Below are positions 1-12,189 of a stretch of DNA of 64,000 nt, piece by piece. Below the pieces are notes generated by a model. That model was not told the DNA's origin, did no database searches, and saw only the letters and a program-made list of their open reading frames with translations. Numbering within the stretch: position 1 is the first letter of the stretch; each line of letters opens with the position of its first letter. The DNA comes from Chiloscyllium plagiosum. Its lineage: Eukaryota. Position numbers and translations under genes: made by a program. The DNA lies in NCBI RefSeq assembly GCF_004010195.1, contig NC_057752.1, positions 4,541,738 through 4,605,737 on the forward strand, given 5' to 3'.

Positions 1-470
1 ACTGTGTGCGAATAATCCTGTGGCCTGTGAACCGTCAATACTGTTTGTTAATAATAGTGTGGCCTGTGGATGGACTATACAAAGTGTTGAATAATCCTGT
101 GCACTGTGAATGCTCAATACTGTGTGTGAAATATCCTGTGGCCTAAGGATAGTGAGTACTGTTTGTGAATAATCCTGTGACCTGTAAGTGGTCAAAACAG
201 TGTGTTCATTAATCCTGTGGCCGGAGTGATCAATACTATGTGTGATTAATCCTGTGTCCTAAGAATGTTGAATATTGTTTGTGAACATTCCTGTGGCCGG
301 AGGTTGGACAATACTGTGTGTGACTAATCCTCTGGCATGTGAATCATTCGTACTGTGTGTGAATAACCCTTGGCCTGAGGATGATCAAAACTGTGTGTGG
401 GTAATCCTGTAGCCTATGGATAATCAATACGATGTGTGATTAATCCTGTTGCCTGAGGTGGCCGAACCCT
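1..470. repeat. Diverged ~39-bp minisatellite, about 12 copies, running off the window start
   Basis: Recurring caatactgtgtgtgaataatcctgtggcctg at ~39-40 bp spacing. Confidence 0.9.
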
Positions 471-476
471 TGTTTC

Positions 477-1010
477 TTGATGTTGCAGCTGTACAGGACT
501 TTGGTTAGGCCACAGTTGGAGTACTGTGTGCAGTTCTGGTCGCCTCACTTTAGGAAAGATGTGGGAGCTTTGGAGAGGTTGCAGAGAAGATTTACCAGGA
601 TGTTGCCTGGAATGGAGAGGAAGTCGTACGAGGATAGGTTGAGAGTTCTCGGCCTTTTCTCGTTGGAACGGCGAAGGATGAGGGGTGACTTGATCGAGGT
701 TTATAAGATGATCAGAGGAATAGGTAGAGTAGACAGTCAGAAACTTTTTCCCCGGGTACAACAGAGTGTTACAAGGGGACATAAATTTAAGGTGAAGGGT
801 GGAAGGTATAGGGGAGATGTCAGGGGTGGGTTCTTTACCCAGAGAGTGGTGGGGGCATGGAATGCGCTGCCTGTGGGAGTGGCAGAGTCAGAATCATTGG
901 TGACCTTTAAGCGGCAATTGGATAGGTACATGGATAGGTGCTTAAGCTAGCACAACATCGTGGGCCAAAGGGCCTGTTCTGTGCTGTATTGTTCTATGTT
1001 CTATGTTCTA
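477..1010 (+). mobile_element. CR1 (HER1-type) LINE, 3' end
   Basis: [19 protein letters not shown]...RRRMRGDLIEVYK...FFTQRVVGAWNALP and a (gttctat)n tail. Confidence 0.95.
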
Positions 1011-3225
1011 TATCTTTCCTCCTTTGCCCTTGAGTGGGCCTACCCTTTCTGTAGTTTCCCTCTTGCTCCTTATATATGAATAAAAGGCTTTGGGGTTTTC
1101 CTTAACCCTGCTCGTTAAAGATATCTCATGATCCCTTTTAGCCCCCTTAATTCCTTTCAGAGTGGTCGTACATTCCTGATATTCTTCCAAGGCTTCATCT
1201 GTCTTCAGTCACTGAGACCTTACGTACGCATTCTTTTTCTTCTTAGCAAGTCTCACAATTTCCCCTGTCATCCATGGTTCCCTAATCTTGCCATTTCTGT
1301 CCCTCATTTTCTCAGGGACATGTCTGTCCTGCACTCTTATCAACCTCTCTTTATAGGCCTCCCACATATTGAATGTGGATTTACCTTCAAACAGCTGCTC
1401 CCAATCCACATTCCCCAGCTCCTGCTGAATTTTGCTCTAGTTGGCCTTCCTCCAATTTAGCATTCTTCCTTTCGGACCACTATCATCTTTGTCCATGAGT
1501 ATCCTAAAACTTATGGAATAGTGGTCACTATTCCCAAAGTAATCTCCTACTGAAATTTCAACCGCCTGGCTGGGCTTATTCCCCAACACCAGGTCCAGTA
1601 TGGCCCCTTCACAAGTTGGACTGTTTTCATACTGCTCTATAAAACCCTCCTGGAAGCTCCATATACAAATTCTGCTCCACCCAGACCTCTAACACTAAGC
1701 GAATCCCAGTCAATGTTGGGAAAATTAAAATCTCCTATCACCACCACCCTGTTGCTCCTACATCTTTCTATGATCTCTTTACATATTTGTACCTCTATCT
1801 CATGTTCACTGTTGGGAGGCCTGTAGTACAACCCCAACATTGTTACCGCACCCTTCCTATTTCTGCGCTCTGCCTCACTTATTGCCTCACTGCTCGAGTC
1901 CTCCATAGTGCCCTCCTTTAGCTGTGACATCCTCTTTGACCAGTAATGCAAATCCTCCACCTCTTTTACCTCCCTCTCCATCCCACCTGAAGCATCTATA
2001 TCCTGGGATATTTTGTTGCCAATCATGCCCTTCCCTCAACCAAGTCTCAGTAATAGCAACAACATCATACTTCCGGGTACTAATCCAAGCCCTAAATTCA
2101 TCTGCCTTACCTACTACACTTCTTGCATTAAAACAAATGCACCTCAGACCACCTGTCCCTTTGCGTTCATCATCTGCTCCCTGCCTACTCTTCCCTTTAC
2201 TCACACTGACTTCATTATCTAGTTCCTTATAGGCTTTAATTGCTACGTCCTTCCTGTGCACTAACCTCCTCAGTTGGTTCCCACCCCCCTGCCACATTAG
2301 TTTAAACCCTCCCCAACAGCATTAGCAAAAGCACCCCCGAGGACATTGGTTCCAGTCCGGCCCAGGTGTAGACCATCCAATTTGTAATAGTCCCACCTCC
2401 CACAATGTCCCAAAAACCTGAACCCCTCCTGCCTGCACTATCTCTCAAGCCATGCATTCATCCTGAATACTCTATTATTCCTACTCTGACTCGCACGTGG
2501 CACTGGTAGCTTTCCTGAGATTACTACCTCTGAGGTTCTATTTTTTAGTTTGGTTCCTAACTCCCTGAATTCTTCTTGTAGGATCTCATCCCATTTTTCT
2601 ACCTGTACCATTGGTGCCGACATGCACCACAACAACTGGCTGTTCACCCTCCTTGAGAATTTTCTGCAGTCAATCTGAGACATCCTTGACCCGTGCACCT
2701 GGGAGGCAATATACCATTTGGGAGTCTCATTTTCAACCACAGAAACGCCTATATACTCCCCACACAATTGAATCCTCTATGACTACAGTCCTTCCACTCT
2801 TTTTCCCACCCTTCTGTGCAGCAGAGCCAGTCACAGTGCCATGACCCTGACTCCTGCTGCCTTCCCCTGGTGAGCCATCTACCCAACAGTATCCAAGACA
2901 GTATACCTGTTTTGGAGGGAGATGACCACAGGGGACACCTTCCTGTGGTGTCCCCTGCACTGCCTTCCTGCTCTTTCTCTGCCTTTTGGTCACCCATTCC
3001 CTTTCTTCCTCAGCAATCCTAATCTGGGGTGTGACCAATCCGCTAAACTTGCTATCCATGAACTCCTCAACATTGCATATGCTCCAAAGTGAGTCCATCT
3101 GCAGCTCCAGAGCCGTCATGTGGTCTAACAAGAGCTGCAGCTGGACGTACTTCTTGCACGTGAAAGAGCCAGGGACATCAGCTGTGTCCCTGAGCTCCCA
3201 CATTGAGCAAGAGGAGCACAACATG
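1011..3225 (-). mobile_element. CR1 LINE 5' half (ORF1 zinc finger/esterase and ORF2 APE endonuclease), decayed
   Basis: MLCSSCSMWE..FTCKK zinc finger; EDSIV esterase remnant; CFNARSV..VAITETWL and IGDFNFPNIDW endonuclease motifs. Confidence 0.92.
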
Positions 3226-4079
3226 GGTAATGAGTGGGTGCTGCAGGCCAGAATTTGTTGCTTGTCCCTAATTGTTCTTGAAACAATAGGAGACTTGAAC
3301 CCATGACCTCTGACCTAAAGGCACAAGTGCAGAGTGGCCCACAGCTGACGACAGCGGATGTGAAATAGGCTCTGCCTTTGATTGTAAGACATCCCAGTGT
3401 CATATTCAGCCCAGCTTTTCAGTATGTTATCAGATCAGTATGTCCTTGCTGAGTATGGTGACAATACTACAGCATTTAACTTGCAGTGAAAACTTGCGAT
3501 GGACGGGGAAGAGCATCGTGTGCATTTGTGTTTCATTGCCATTTTCCCTGCAATACAGGATCACAATCAGACCTGGGCCATCACTGAGGGATTGCTGAGA
3601 CTGCGATGGAAGGTTGAGGTGGTTAATTCACATGAGGCTGCTGTGGAGCAACAATCCCAAACAGACTGGGTGCAGAAGACAAGAGAAAGGAGAACTTCTC
3701 CTGGGGAATTTTGGATTGTTATCTGGCTGTTACTCTTTTTACAACCAGTATAATTCAATAAACCTCAGCCATACTCAGAGCACAAAATGTACCATTTAAG
3801 TTCATGGTGTCTGGCATTAGTTATGGCTTGTGGAGTTGAACAGGCATGTGGGCAGACTGTCTGGGAAAAGCCTGCAGCCATATCGAGCACAGTCTGAGCT
3901 CGAAGCCTTGAAATGTTTCATCCTTCACTCAGCACAATGAATTCGAGCTGGGCTGTGACGGGGTCACATTCTTGCTTCCAGTCTCTCCTGGCTTCTGGAC
4001 CATTATCTGTGAGTAATGTTGAAGGGAGTGATGTTAAAAATGATGTTAAAAAGGAATGTATTTCAATAACATAAGAGCA

Positions 4080-4340
4080 AAGTACAACAGATGCTCGAAA
4101 TCTCAAATGAAACTGCAAGTTCTGGAAATACTCAGCAGCTTCTGATAGAAGGTGCTGATGAAGGGTTATGCCTGAAACGTCGACTCTCCTGCTCCTCAGA
4201 TGCTGCCTGACCTGCTGTGCTTTTTCCAGCGCCACACGTTATTGACTGATGAAAGGTCATTGACCTGACACATTTGCTCTGTTTCTGTCTCCACAGCTGC
4301 CGCCAGACCTTCCGAAGATTTGCAGCATTTTCTGTTTTAT
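4080..4340. mobile_element. Nested Penelope-derived short elements with two hammerhead-like cores
   Basis: ctgatgaagggttatgcctgaaacgtc at 4155 and ctgatgaaaggtcattgacctgacac at 4246. Confidence 0.7.
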
Positions 4341-4354
4341 TACTATTTAATTTC

Positions 4355-4680
4355 TCTGTAGCATTGCCCGACTCCAACCCTGCTGCTGAAACCTTCGTCC
4401 ATGCCTCTGCTACCTCTACGCTCAAATATATCCAATTGTTGGCTGGTCTTACACATTCTATCCTGCACAAAAAGAGGTAATCTAAAGGTCTGCTGATTGG
4501 ACCTTTACTTGCTGCAACTTCCATTCCCCGATTGCCACTCTGCTTGCTGATTCAGTTTGGCCCCCAGTTTGATTTTAAAATTCTCATTTATTTTCAAAGC
4601 TTTCCATAGTCCTGTCATCCCCTCTAGCTCCATATCCCGCCAGGATACCTGAACTTCTCGAATACTGGCCTCGTGAGCAT
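4355..4680 (+). mobile_element. Old L2-like LINE fragment
   Basis: AETFVHASATSTLKY resembles the L2 ORF2 C-terminal motif AETLIHAFVTSRLDY. Confidence 0.6.
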
Positions 4681-4687
4681 TGTAAGT

Positions 4688-5030
4688 GGGGTGATGGAGT
4701 AGTAGCATTGGCACTGGATGAGTAATCCTGAGGGCCAAGTTAATACTTTGGCAGAATGGGTTCAAATCCCACCATGGTCAATAGGAAAATATGAATTCGC
4801 TTCATTAGAAATTCTGGAATTGAGAGCTAGCTTAACAATATGACCATGAAACCATTGTTTATAAACAAACTAAGGAAGGAAAATCTGCCATACTCACATG
4901 CTCTGGCCGGTATGTAGTTGACTCTTAACTTTCTTGTGAAATAGCCACTCAAGACACTCACTTCAAGGAGTATTAGGGATGCACAACACACGTTGGCCTG
5001 GCCAATAATACCCCAATCCTAAAGGAAACA
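4688..5030 (+). mobile_element. Old tRNA-derived SINE-like element
   Basis: B-box-like gggttcaaatcccacc preceded by an A-box-like region. Confidence 0.5.
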
Positions 5031-5171
5031 AAATTCAAAAGTTTTACCACTCCACCATTGATGGCCATATTTTGAGCATCTCTTTCCATTAGAGAGATAA
5101 AATTAGTTCTTACAGCTTGAGGAGCACCACTCTGTTGGGGATAGGGCTAAGTAAGAGGCAGGCCTCTGAAC

Positions 5172-6508
5172 TCTTACAGTTAGCATCATTCTCACTGTTG
5201 CATCTAACTGTTAGCATAATTCTCACTGTTACATCTTACAGTTAGCATCATTCTCACTGTTACATCTTACAGTTAGCATCATTCTCACTGTTGTATCTTA
5301 CAGTTAGCATCATTCTTACTGTTACATCTTACAGTTAGCATCATTCTCACTGTTGCGTCTTACAGTTAGCATCATTCTCACTGTTACATCTTACAGTTAG
5401 CATCATTCTCACTGTTGTATCTTACAGTTAACATCATTCTTACTGTTGCGTCTTACTGTTAGCATCATTCTCACTGTTACATCTTACAGTTAACATCATT
5501 CTTACTGTTGTATCTTACTGTTAGCATCATTCTCACTGTTGTATCTTACAGTTAACATCATTCTCACTGTTACATCTTACAGTTAACATCATTCTCATTG
5601 TTGTATCTTACAGTTAACATCATTCTCACTGTTGCATCTTACAGTTAGCATCATTCTTACTGTTGTATCTTACTGTTAGCATCATTCTCACTGTTACATC
5701 TTACAGTTAGCATCATTCTTACTGTTGTATCTTACTGTTAGCATCATTCTCACTGTTGTATCTTACAGTTAACATCATTCTCACTGTTGCATCTTACAGT
5801 TAGCATCATTCTTACTGCTGTATCTTACAGTTAACATCATTCTCATTGTTGTATCTTACTGTTAGCATCATTCTCACTGTTGTATCTTACAGTTANNNNN
5901 NNNNNNNNNNNNNNNNNNNNNNNNNNNNNNNNNNNNNNNNNNNNNNNNNNNNNNNNNNNNNNNNNNNNNNGCATCATTCTTACTGTTGTATCTTACAGTT
6001 AGCATCATTCTCACTGTTACATCTTACAGTTCACATCATTCTCACTGTTGTATCTTACAGTTAACATAATTCTTACTGTTGTATCTTACAGTTAACATCA
6101 TTCTCACTGTTGTATCTTACAGTTAACATCATTCTTACTGTTGTATCTTACAGTTAACATCATTCTCATTGTTGTATCTTACAGTTAACATCATTCTTAC
6201 TGTTGCATTTTACAGTTAACATCATTCTCACTGTTGTATCTTACAATTAACATAATTCTTACTGTTGTATCTTACAGTTAGCATCATTCTCACTGTTGCA
6301 TCTTACAGTTAACATCATTCTCACTGTTACATCTTACAGTTAGCATCATTCTTACTGTTGTATCTTACAGTTAGCATCATTCTCACTGTTACATCTTACA
6401 GTTAGCATCATTCTCACTGTTGCATCTTGCAGTTAGCATCATTCTCACTGTTGCATCTTACAGTTTGCATCATTCTTACTGTTGTATCTTACAGTTAACA
6501 TCATTCTG
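5172..6508. repeat. 31-bp minisatellite, roughly 40 copies, interrupted by an N gap
   Basis: Unit TCTTACAGTTAGCATCATTCTCACTGTTGTA with variants. Confidence 0.97.
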
Positions 6509-7039
6509 TTTCACACTACAGGAATCGAGCCAAATCTGCTGAACCAATCCTACATTCTAGAGTTCTCCCTTCTATCTGTTTCCCCTTGTAGATGCTTTTT
6601 AAGACCTATATCTTTGTGTCTCATTGTTGTACTTTAATATTCCTGTGCTGCAGCATGGAGTATTTTAGTATGATAAAGGTGATCTGCAAATATGAGTAGT
6701 GGAGTTGTTGTTCAATAATGTAAGGTCTTTGGCAAAAGAAAGGAGCGATTTCTTCATTCAGGGAATGATTAATGGGGAACTCGTTCCCACAGAAAGTGTT
6801 GGAGGTGAATAATGCAGATATATTTAAGCTGGATAAACAAATGATGGAGAAAGGAATAGAAGGATATTCTATTAAGCATTGATAGGGTGGGAAGAGGCTT
6901 CTGTGGAGAATGAACATCAGCATAGACCTGTCAGACTGAATGGCCTGTTTGTGTGCTATAAATGCAACACTTGTGTAACGATTGGGCTGTTAGCCCCCAT
7001 CCCCAGGTCATCTCCTCTGCCCTGAAGCTCTTCACCACA

Positions 7040-7175
7040 AGCCTCATTCCTAATGAAGGGCTTATACCCGAAACGTCGACTCTCCTGCTCCTTGGATGCT
7101 GCCTGACCAGCCTGTGCTTTTCCAGCACCACACATTTGACTCTGATCTCCAACATCTGCTGTCCTCACTTTCTCC
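7040..7175 (+). mobile_element. Penelope-derived short element
   Basis: ctaatgaagggcttatacccgaaacgtcgactctcctgctccttggatgctgcc; same family as 20690 and 26578. Confidence 0.75.
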
Positions 7176-7825
7176 TCTTAACCCTGGAGCAATATGACTG
7201 ACGGACAACACTGGGCAGTCTGGACACAATCATAATCAGCCCATCACAGATCCCACATGAAGTGGGAAAAGGGGGTCTTACACATTAGAATGGCTTAACC
7301 TTACTGTTACCACAACGATATCCCAGATCTTCTGAAAAATGTAGCCCCACCTCTCAAAAAAAAAAGATGCAAAATGTTGAATGTTAAAAATGGATTTTAT
7401 GGTCTTCTCCCTTCCCATATTGGCACCATCAAGCTCAGCATTTAGTATTGTGTCATGAATTTGCTGATTGACTTTTATTCAAAGTATTTGGCCCCATTTG
7501 GTTCATAACTTGGTGTTTGTTTTGTTGCAAGCACTTATCTTTGATGACCTATGTTTAGTCATAGTTAAGCAATGCATGGGTGGCCTGACTGTTTATTTCC
7601 ACACAAACCTGGCCTGGAGCTCACCAATTGGCCAACAGGCACTCCCAGTTTTGGAACGCCTCCACTACTCCACCCAGCCTTACTGGAGGATTGGGAAAAT
7701 CCTGGCTTCAGGAGTCCTTGCCCTAGCCTGGCGTCAGATCATTATTTTCCTCAAGTTTGGCAATTCCCCTCTTATTAGGCACTGAGAAACCCTGGGAAAC
7801 CGGGACCATCTGAGTTTGAACCTTG

Positions 7826-8220
7826 TTTTTGTAATATATTTTTATTAAGAAAAAATAGATTTTTAAATATTACAACAAATGCAAAACAATGCAATTCAAA
7901 ACAGTACAAAACTAAACCCAAATAATAAAAAAATATCCCCAACCCACCCTCCTATACGAATGTATAAACATATATAGAGAAGTATAAAATTTTAAAAAAA
8001 TCTAAATTAGCTATTTAACTAAATAAATAAATACCTAACAACAAACAAATAAATAGTAATAACTCAGCCCAGCCAAACAAAACACTCATACATTCACAGT
8101 TCCTCCTCCCTGGATATTGGACTCATGAAACACAATCATTACGGCTATATAAAAGCCCTTGTTAGTGTGGCAGATAAATCTGTGTCTAGGTATTTCAAAA
8201 AGGGCTGCCATGTCTTGTAA
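7826..8220 (-). mobile_element. L1/Tx1-clade LINE 3' end
   Basis: Minus strand reads YKTWQPFLKYLDTDLSATLTRAFI* (fish L1-type KxWxPF C-terminus), then a T-rich 3' UTR, AATAAA and an A-rich tail; the 5' part is lost in the gap. Confidence 0.75.
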
Positions 8221-8781
8221 NNNNNNNNNNNNNNNNNNNNNNNNNNNNNNNNNNNNNNNNNNNNNNNNNNNNNNNNNNNNNNNNNNNNNNNNNNNNNNNN
8301 NNNNNNNNNNNNNNNNNNNNNNNNNNNNNNNNNNNNNNNNNNNNNNNNNNNNNNNNNNNNNNNNNNNNNNNNNNNNNNNNNNNNNNNNNNNNNNNNNNNN
8401 NNNNNNNNNNNNNNNNNNNNNNNNNNNNNNNNNNNNNNNNNNNNNNNNNNNNNNNNNNNNNNNNNNNNNNNNNNNNNNNNNNNNNNNNNNNNNNNNNNNN
8501 NNNNNNNNNNNNNNNNNNNNNNNNNNNNNNNNNNNNNNNNNNNNNNNNNNNNNNNNNNNNNNNNNNNNNNNNNNNNNNNNNNNNNNNNNNNNNNNNNNNN
8601 NNNNNNNNNNNNNNNNNNNNNNNNNNNNNNNNNNNNNNNNNNNNNNNNNNNNNNNNNNNNNNNNNNNNNNNNNNNNNNNNNNNNNNNNNNNNNNNNNNNN
8701 NNNNNNNNNNNNNNNNNNNNGAATTTGCGCCGGACGTAAGTGAGTCATTTTTGCTGCTTCGCTTGGACAGTTCTCCCTGTG

Positions 8782-9450
8782 GGAGAATTGGTTTAGCTCA
8801 GTTGGCTGGATTGTTGGTTTACAGAGCAGCGTGAAGCCAACAGCGTGGGTTCAATTCCCATCACCGGCTTGAGGTTACCATGAAGGACTGTCCTCAACCT
8901 CTTCCCTCGCCTGAGGTCAGGTGACCCTCAGGTTAAATTACTTCCCTGTCTAGGATCAGAGAGAAAGGAAAAAACCAGGATCAGAGAGAGACAAAGACAG
9001 GGAAACCAGGATCGGAGAGGGACAAAAGCAGGGATCAGAGAGGAAAACTGGGATTAGACAGAAACAAAAAAATGGGATCAGACAAGAAAACTAGGATCAG
9101 AGAGAGACAAAAATCCAGGATCAGACCGCAAATAAACGGGATCAGAGTGGGGCAAAAACCAGGAATGGAGAGGGAGAAGTGTTGGGAATGTGGTGCTGGA
9201 AAAGCACAGTAGGTCAGGCAGTATCCGAGGAGCAGGAGAATCGTCGTTTCGGGCATAAGCCCTTCGTCAGGAATGATTCCTGGCACGGGGCAGCACAGTG
9301 GCTCAGGGGTCAGTACTGCTGCCTCTCAGCGCCAGGGACCCAGGTTCGATTCCAGCCTCGGGTGACTGTCCATGTAGAGTTTGCACCTTCTCCCCGTATC
9401 TAATCTAATGAGAGAGCAGCCCCTATACTCTGGTAAGACTACTACGATGA
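8782..9450 (+). mobile_element. tRNA-derived SINE interrupted by a simple repeat, a Penelope fragment and an HE1 SINE fragment
   Basis: tagctcagttgg...gggttcaattcc head; the body resumes at ~9404 (tctaatgagagagcagc); an uninterrupted relative lies at 32830-33045. Confidence 0.7.
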
Positions 9451-9828
9451 TTATACAGGGCTGTGCCGAGCTAAATGGACCTGAAGGTAATTGTGCGAAT
9501 GTACTCGCTCCCTTTCAGAAGAACTTGCCAAAGGTTGTGGGAGGAAATGGCTGAATGTGGTGAGTGTGCTTTCAGGGTTAAAATGCAGGTCGGCGGGAGC
9601 TGTTTATGTTGAATTAAGGTCTTCCCCACATCCCACAGGATTTTACAACCGCTTGAAGTGTTTTTTTTGTGAAGTGTGCTCCCTGTTACAGTGGAGAAAA
9701 CAGGACAGTTTCCCATCAACAATAATGGCCAGTTAATCTGATGTTTGTGGTGTTGATTAAAGGGATCAATACACCTTGGAAAGGTTCCCTAGGCGGAGGT
9801 GGGTACTGCAGATGCTGGAGGTTAGAGT

Positions 9829-10012
9829 CAAGATTAGAGCGGTGCTGGAAAAGCACAGCAGGTCAGGCAGCATCCGAGGAGCAGGAAAAATCAACGTTTC
9901 AGGCAAAAGCCCTTCATCAGGAATATTGAAGGGTTTTTGCCCTGAAACGGCGATTTTCCTGCTTCTCGGATGCTGCCTGACTTGCTGTGCTTTTCCAGCA
10001 CCACTCTAATCT
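9829..10012. mobile_element. Palindromic (inverted) Penelope-derived element
   Basis: Two ~85-90 bp arms in inverted orientation; hammerhead-like core on the minus strand at 9893-9920. Confidence 0.8.
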
Positions 10013-10696
10013 TGGAGAGGTTGCCCCCCCCCACTCTGTCCTTTTAAATCGTGGGGCGTGAACCCATAGCCTTCCCACTGCGAGGCGAGCAGATTACTGA
10101 GAAAGAAACGCAGCCCGAGCCGGGCTGGGGAGGGGCAGCAATCTCGGACTCCCAGTTCTGGAACAAGTCCAGGCTGCTGCTGCTGCCCCCCCCCTGTACT
10201 ATACCCCTGCTTTCCATGCACCTTCAGGCTAACAAAGCCTCAGCCCCAAGTCGCCTGCAGTTTGTTGGCTCCTCACCTCCTCCTGGTGCACTGTTTCCGA
10301 ATGCTCCCACAAAGTGCCTTTGGAAATGTTATTGCTGTCAGGACGCAGACCCGTTCCTATTTAGAGATGCTGCGACACACCCATGGGGCAGATGGGACTT
10401 GAACCTCCTGCCTGCCAGGTGTGGACACTACCACTGCCCTGCAAAGGAATGAACATGTCAGCGAGCGTGACCCGTTTGCAGAAGGCATGCAAACAACAGG
10501 AACGGTTCCTACGGGACACAGTTGGGCTCGGCCTAGTGAAGGAGTAGATTTTCCAGCCCAAGAAAGACGACACTTTTTCACTCCTTCACTAGGCCCAGTC
10601 ACACGGCAAACGCCATGTTGGGTCCCCCTTTTGAACAACTTGGTTTTCAGCAGTTGCAAACTGTAATCTCATTGGCACAAGGTCGGCTTTACAGAC

Positions 10697-10875
10697 TCAT
10701 AGAATCCCTACAGTGTGGCAACAGGCCCTTCGGCCCACCAGGTCCACACCAACCCTCCACAGGGAAACTCACCCAGACCCATTCCCCCTATTACTCTGCA
10801 TTTACCCCTGACTAACGCACCCAACCGACACATCTCTGAACACAAAGGGCAATTGAGTGTGGCCAATTCAGCCGA
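10697..10875 (-). mobile_element. HE1-type V-SINE, 3' part
   Basis: catagaatccctacagtgtgg..caggcccttcggccca tail shared with the other HE1 copies. Confidence 0.8.
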
Positions 10876-11164
10876 AACCTGTTTTCTGTGCTGGTGGTGA
10901 AGAGAGCACTGCACAGTCACGGCAGGTAGGGGTTCAACTGGGGTAATTCTCTGATTCACAGTTAAACACATTATCCATTACACCACCTGGCCCTTCCTGT
11001 AACTAGATACAAATGGCTGTTGCTGTGCTCTGCTGCTCTGAGATGGGCAGTTCTCAGCTTCCGAACTTCCCACTCCTAATGCTGGGGTGTGTGCACCCTT
11101 AACGTGGGGGATGGTTTGGGTTCATTTATCCCATGTTCTGTTCCTCCAGTCTGCTGCTAAAATG

Positions 11165-11313
11165 CTGAGCAGGAGGACACGGGGGTAACTGAGCAGGAGG
11201 GGGTAACGGAGGGGGAAGGGGAGCAGGGTAACTGAGCAGGAGGGGGTAACTGAGCAGGGGGAGGTAACTGAGCAAGTGGGGGGGTAACTGAGCAGGGGAG
11301 GAAGGGGTAACTG
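11165..11313. repeat. G-rich ~19-bp tandem repeat
   Basis: (gggggtaactgagcaggag)n, about 7 imperfect copies. Confidence 0.9.
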
Positions 11314-12189
11314 AAACCTGCATCAAGAGTTGTGTGTTGCCCGGTGTGACACCAGTCCCTTTTAGTAACATCTAATCCCGTCTGCCTGTGACAGCATTGG
11401 GTGCCCCTGAGAGCATTCAGTCTGGAATGCACCTCCCCGTTGGTCCTGTACCTCGTGGGTCAGTGTCTCCTGAAATGGCTGGATGCTGCCAGTTTCATTG
11501 GCTCCTTCACCATGACAGGGGAGCGGTGTGGGTCAACTTCTTTCTGGAAGTGGATGAGAGAAGAATGTGTGGGAGTGCCAACAATACACCCACTCCTCAA
11601 TCCTGACCCCTCCCCTCCCCTCCCCTCCCGCTGGGTCCTAGAGAGATTGTCCAACCTCCAACCTGCCTTTTCCGCTCCTCGTCCCAGTGTCCCAGCACCG
11701 CACCTGCTGGCTTCCTTTGGTCCTTTCTCACTTGGTATCTGAAGGAGGAGCCCTTTCTGCAGGCCCCTCGCAGGTAAATGCCCCCGTGGACTGGTGTTTG
11801 CTTGTGACATGGTGCCAACCTTTGAGAGGAGTGGGTGCAGCCTGTGCCCACGCTGGATGTGCCCCGATTTCTGACCAGCTGGAAGGTGGGAAAGGGAGTT
11901 GTGAAGAGAGGACATTAGGAGCTGACAAAGGGGAGAGCGAGAGGCAGGCTGAGCAGGTGAAGATGTGGCAAGGTGCAGGGACGTGCGATGTTGTCCATTT
12001 TGATGGAAAGAGTGAAAATGAAAGCACATGATCAAAAAGGAGAGAGGCTGCAGAGTTCTGAGGCGCGGAGGGATCTGGGGGAATCACAGGAGGTTAGTCT
12101 GCAGATGTGGCCAGTAGGCAGGAACACAAACAGGATGTGATGCTTTATCCTGAGGGGAACTGGACGCAAAAGTAGGGAGTTGATGCTTC

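Noticed and set aside
3499..3753. Possible exon after a polypyrimidine/AG site near 3559
   Set aside because: No recognisable protein similarity and no convincing donor.
5172..6508. CRISPR-like array
   Set aside because: Head-to-tail repeats without unique spacers, no cas genes, eukaryotic context.
8086..8748. Long ORFs spanning N runs (also 12411-13109)
   Set aside because: Artefacts of translating assembly gaps.
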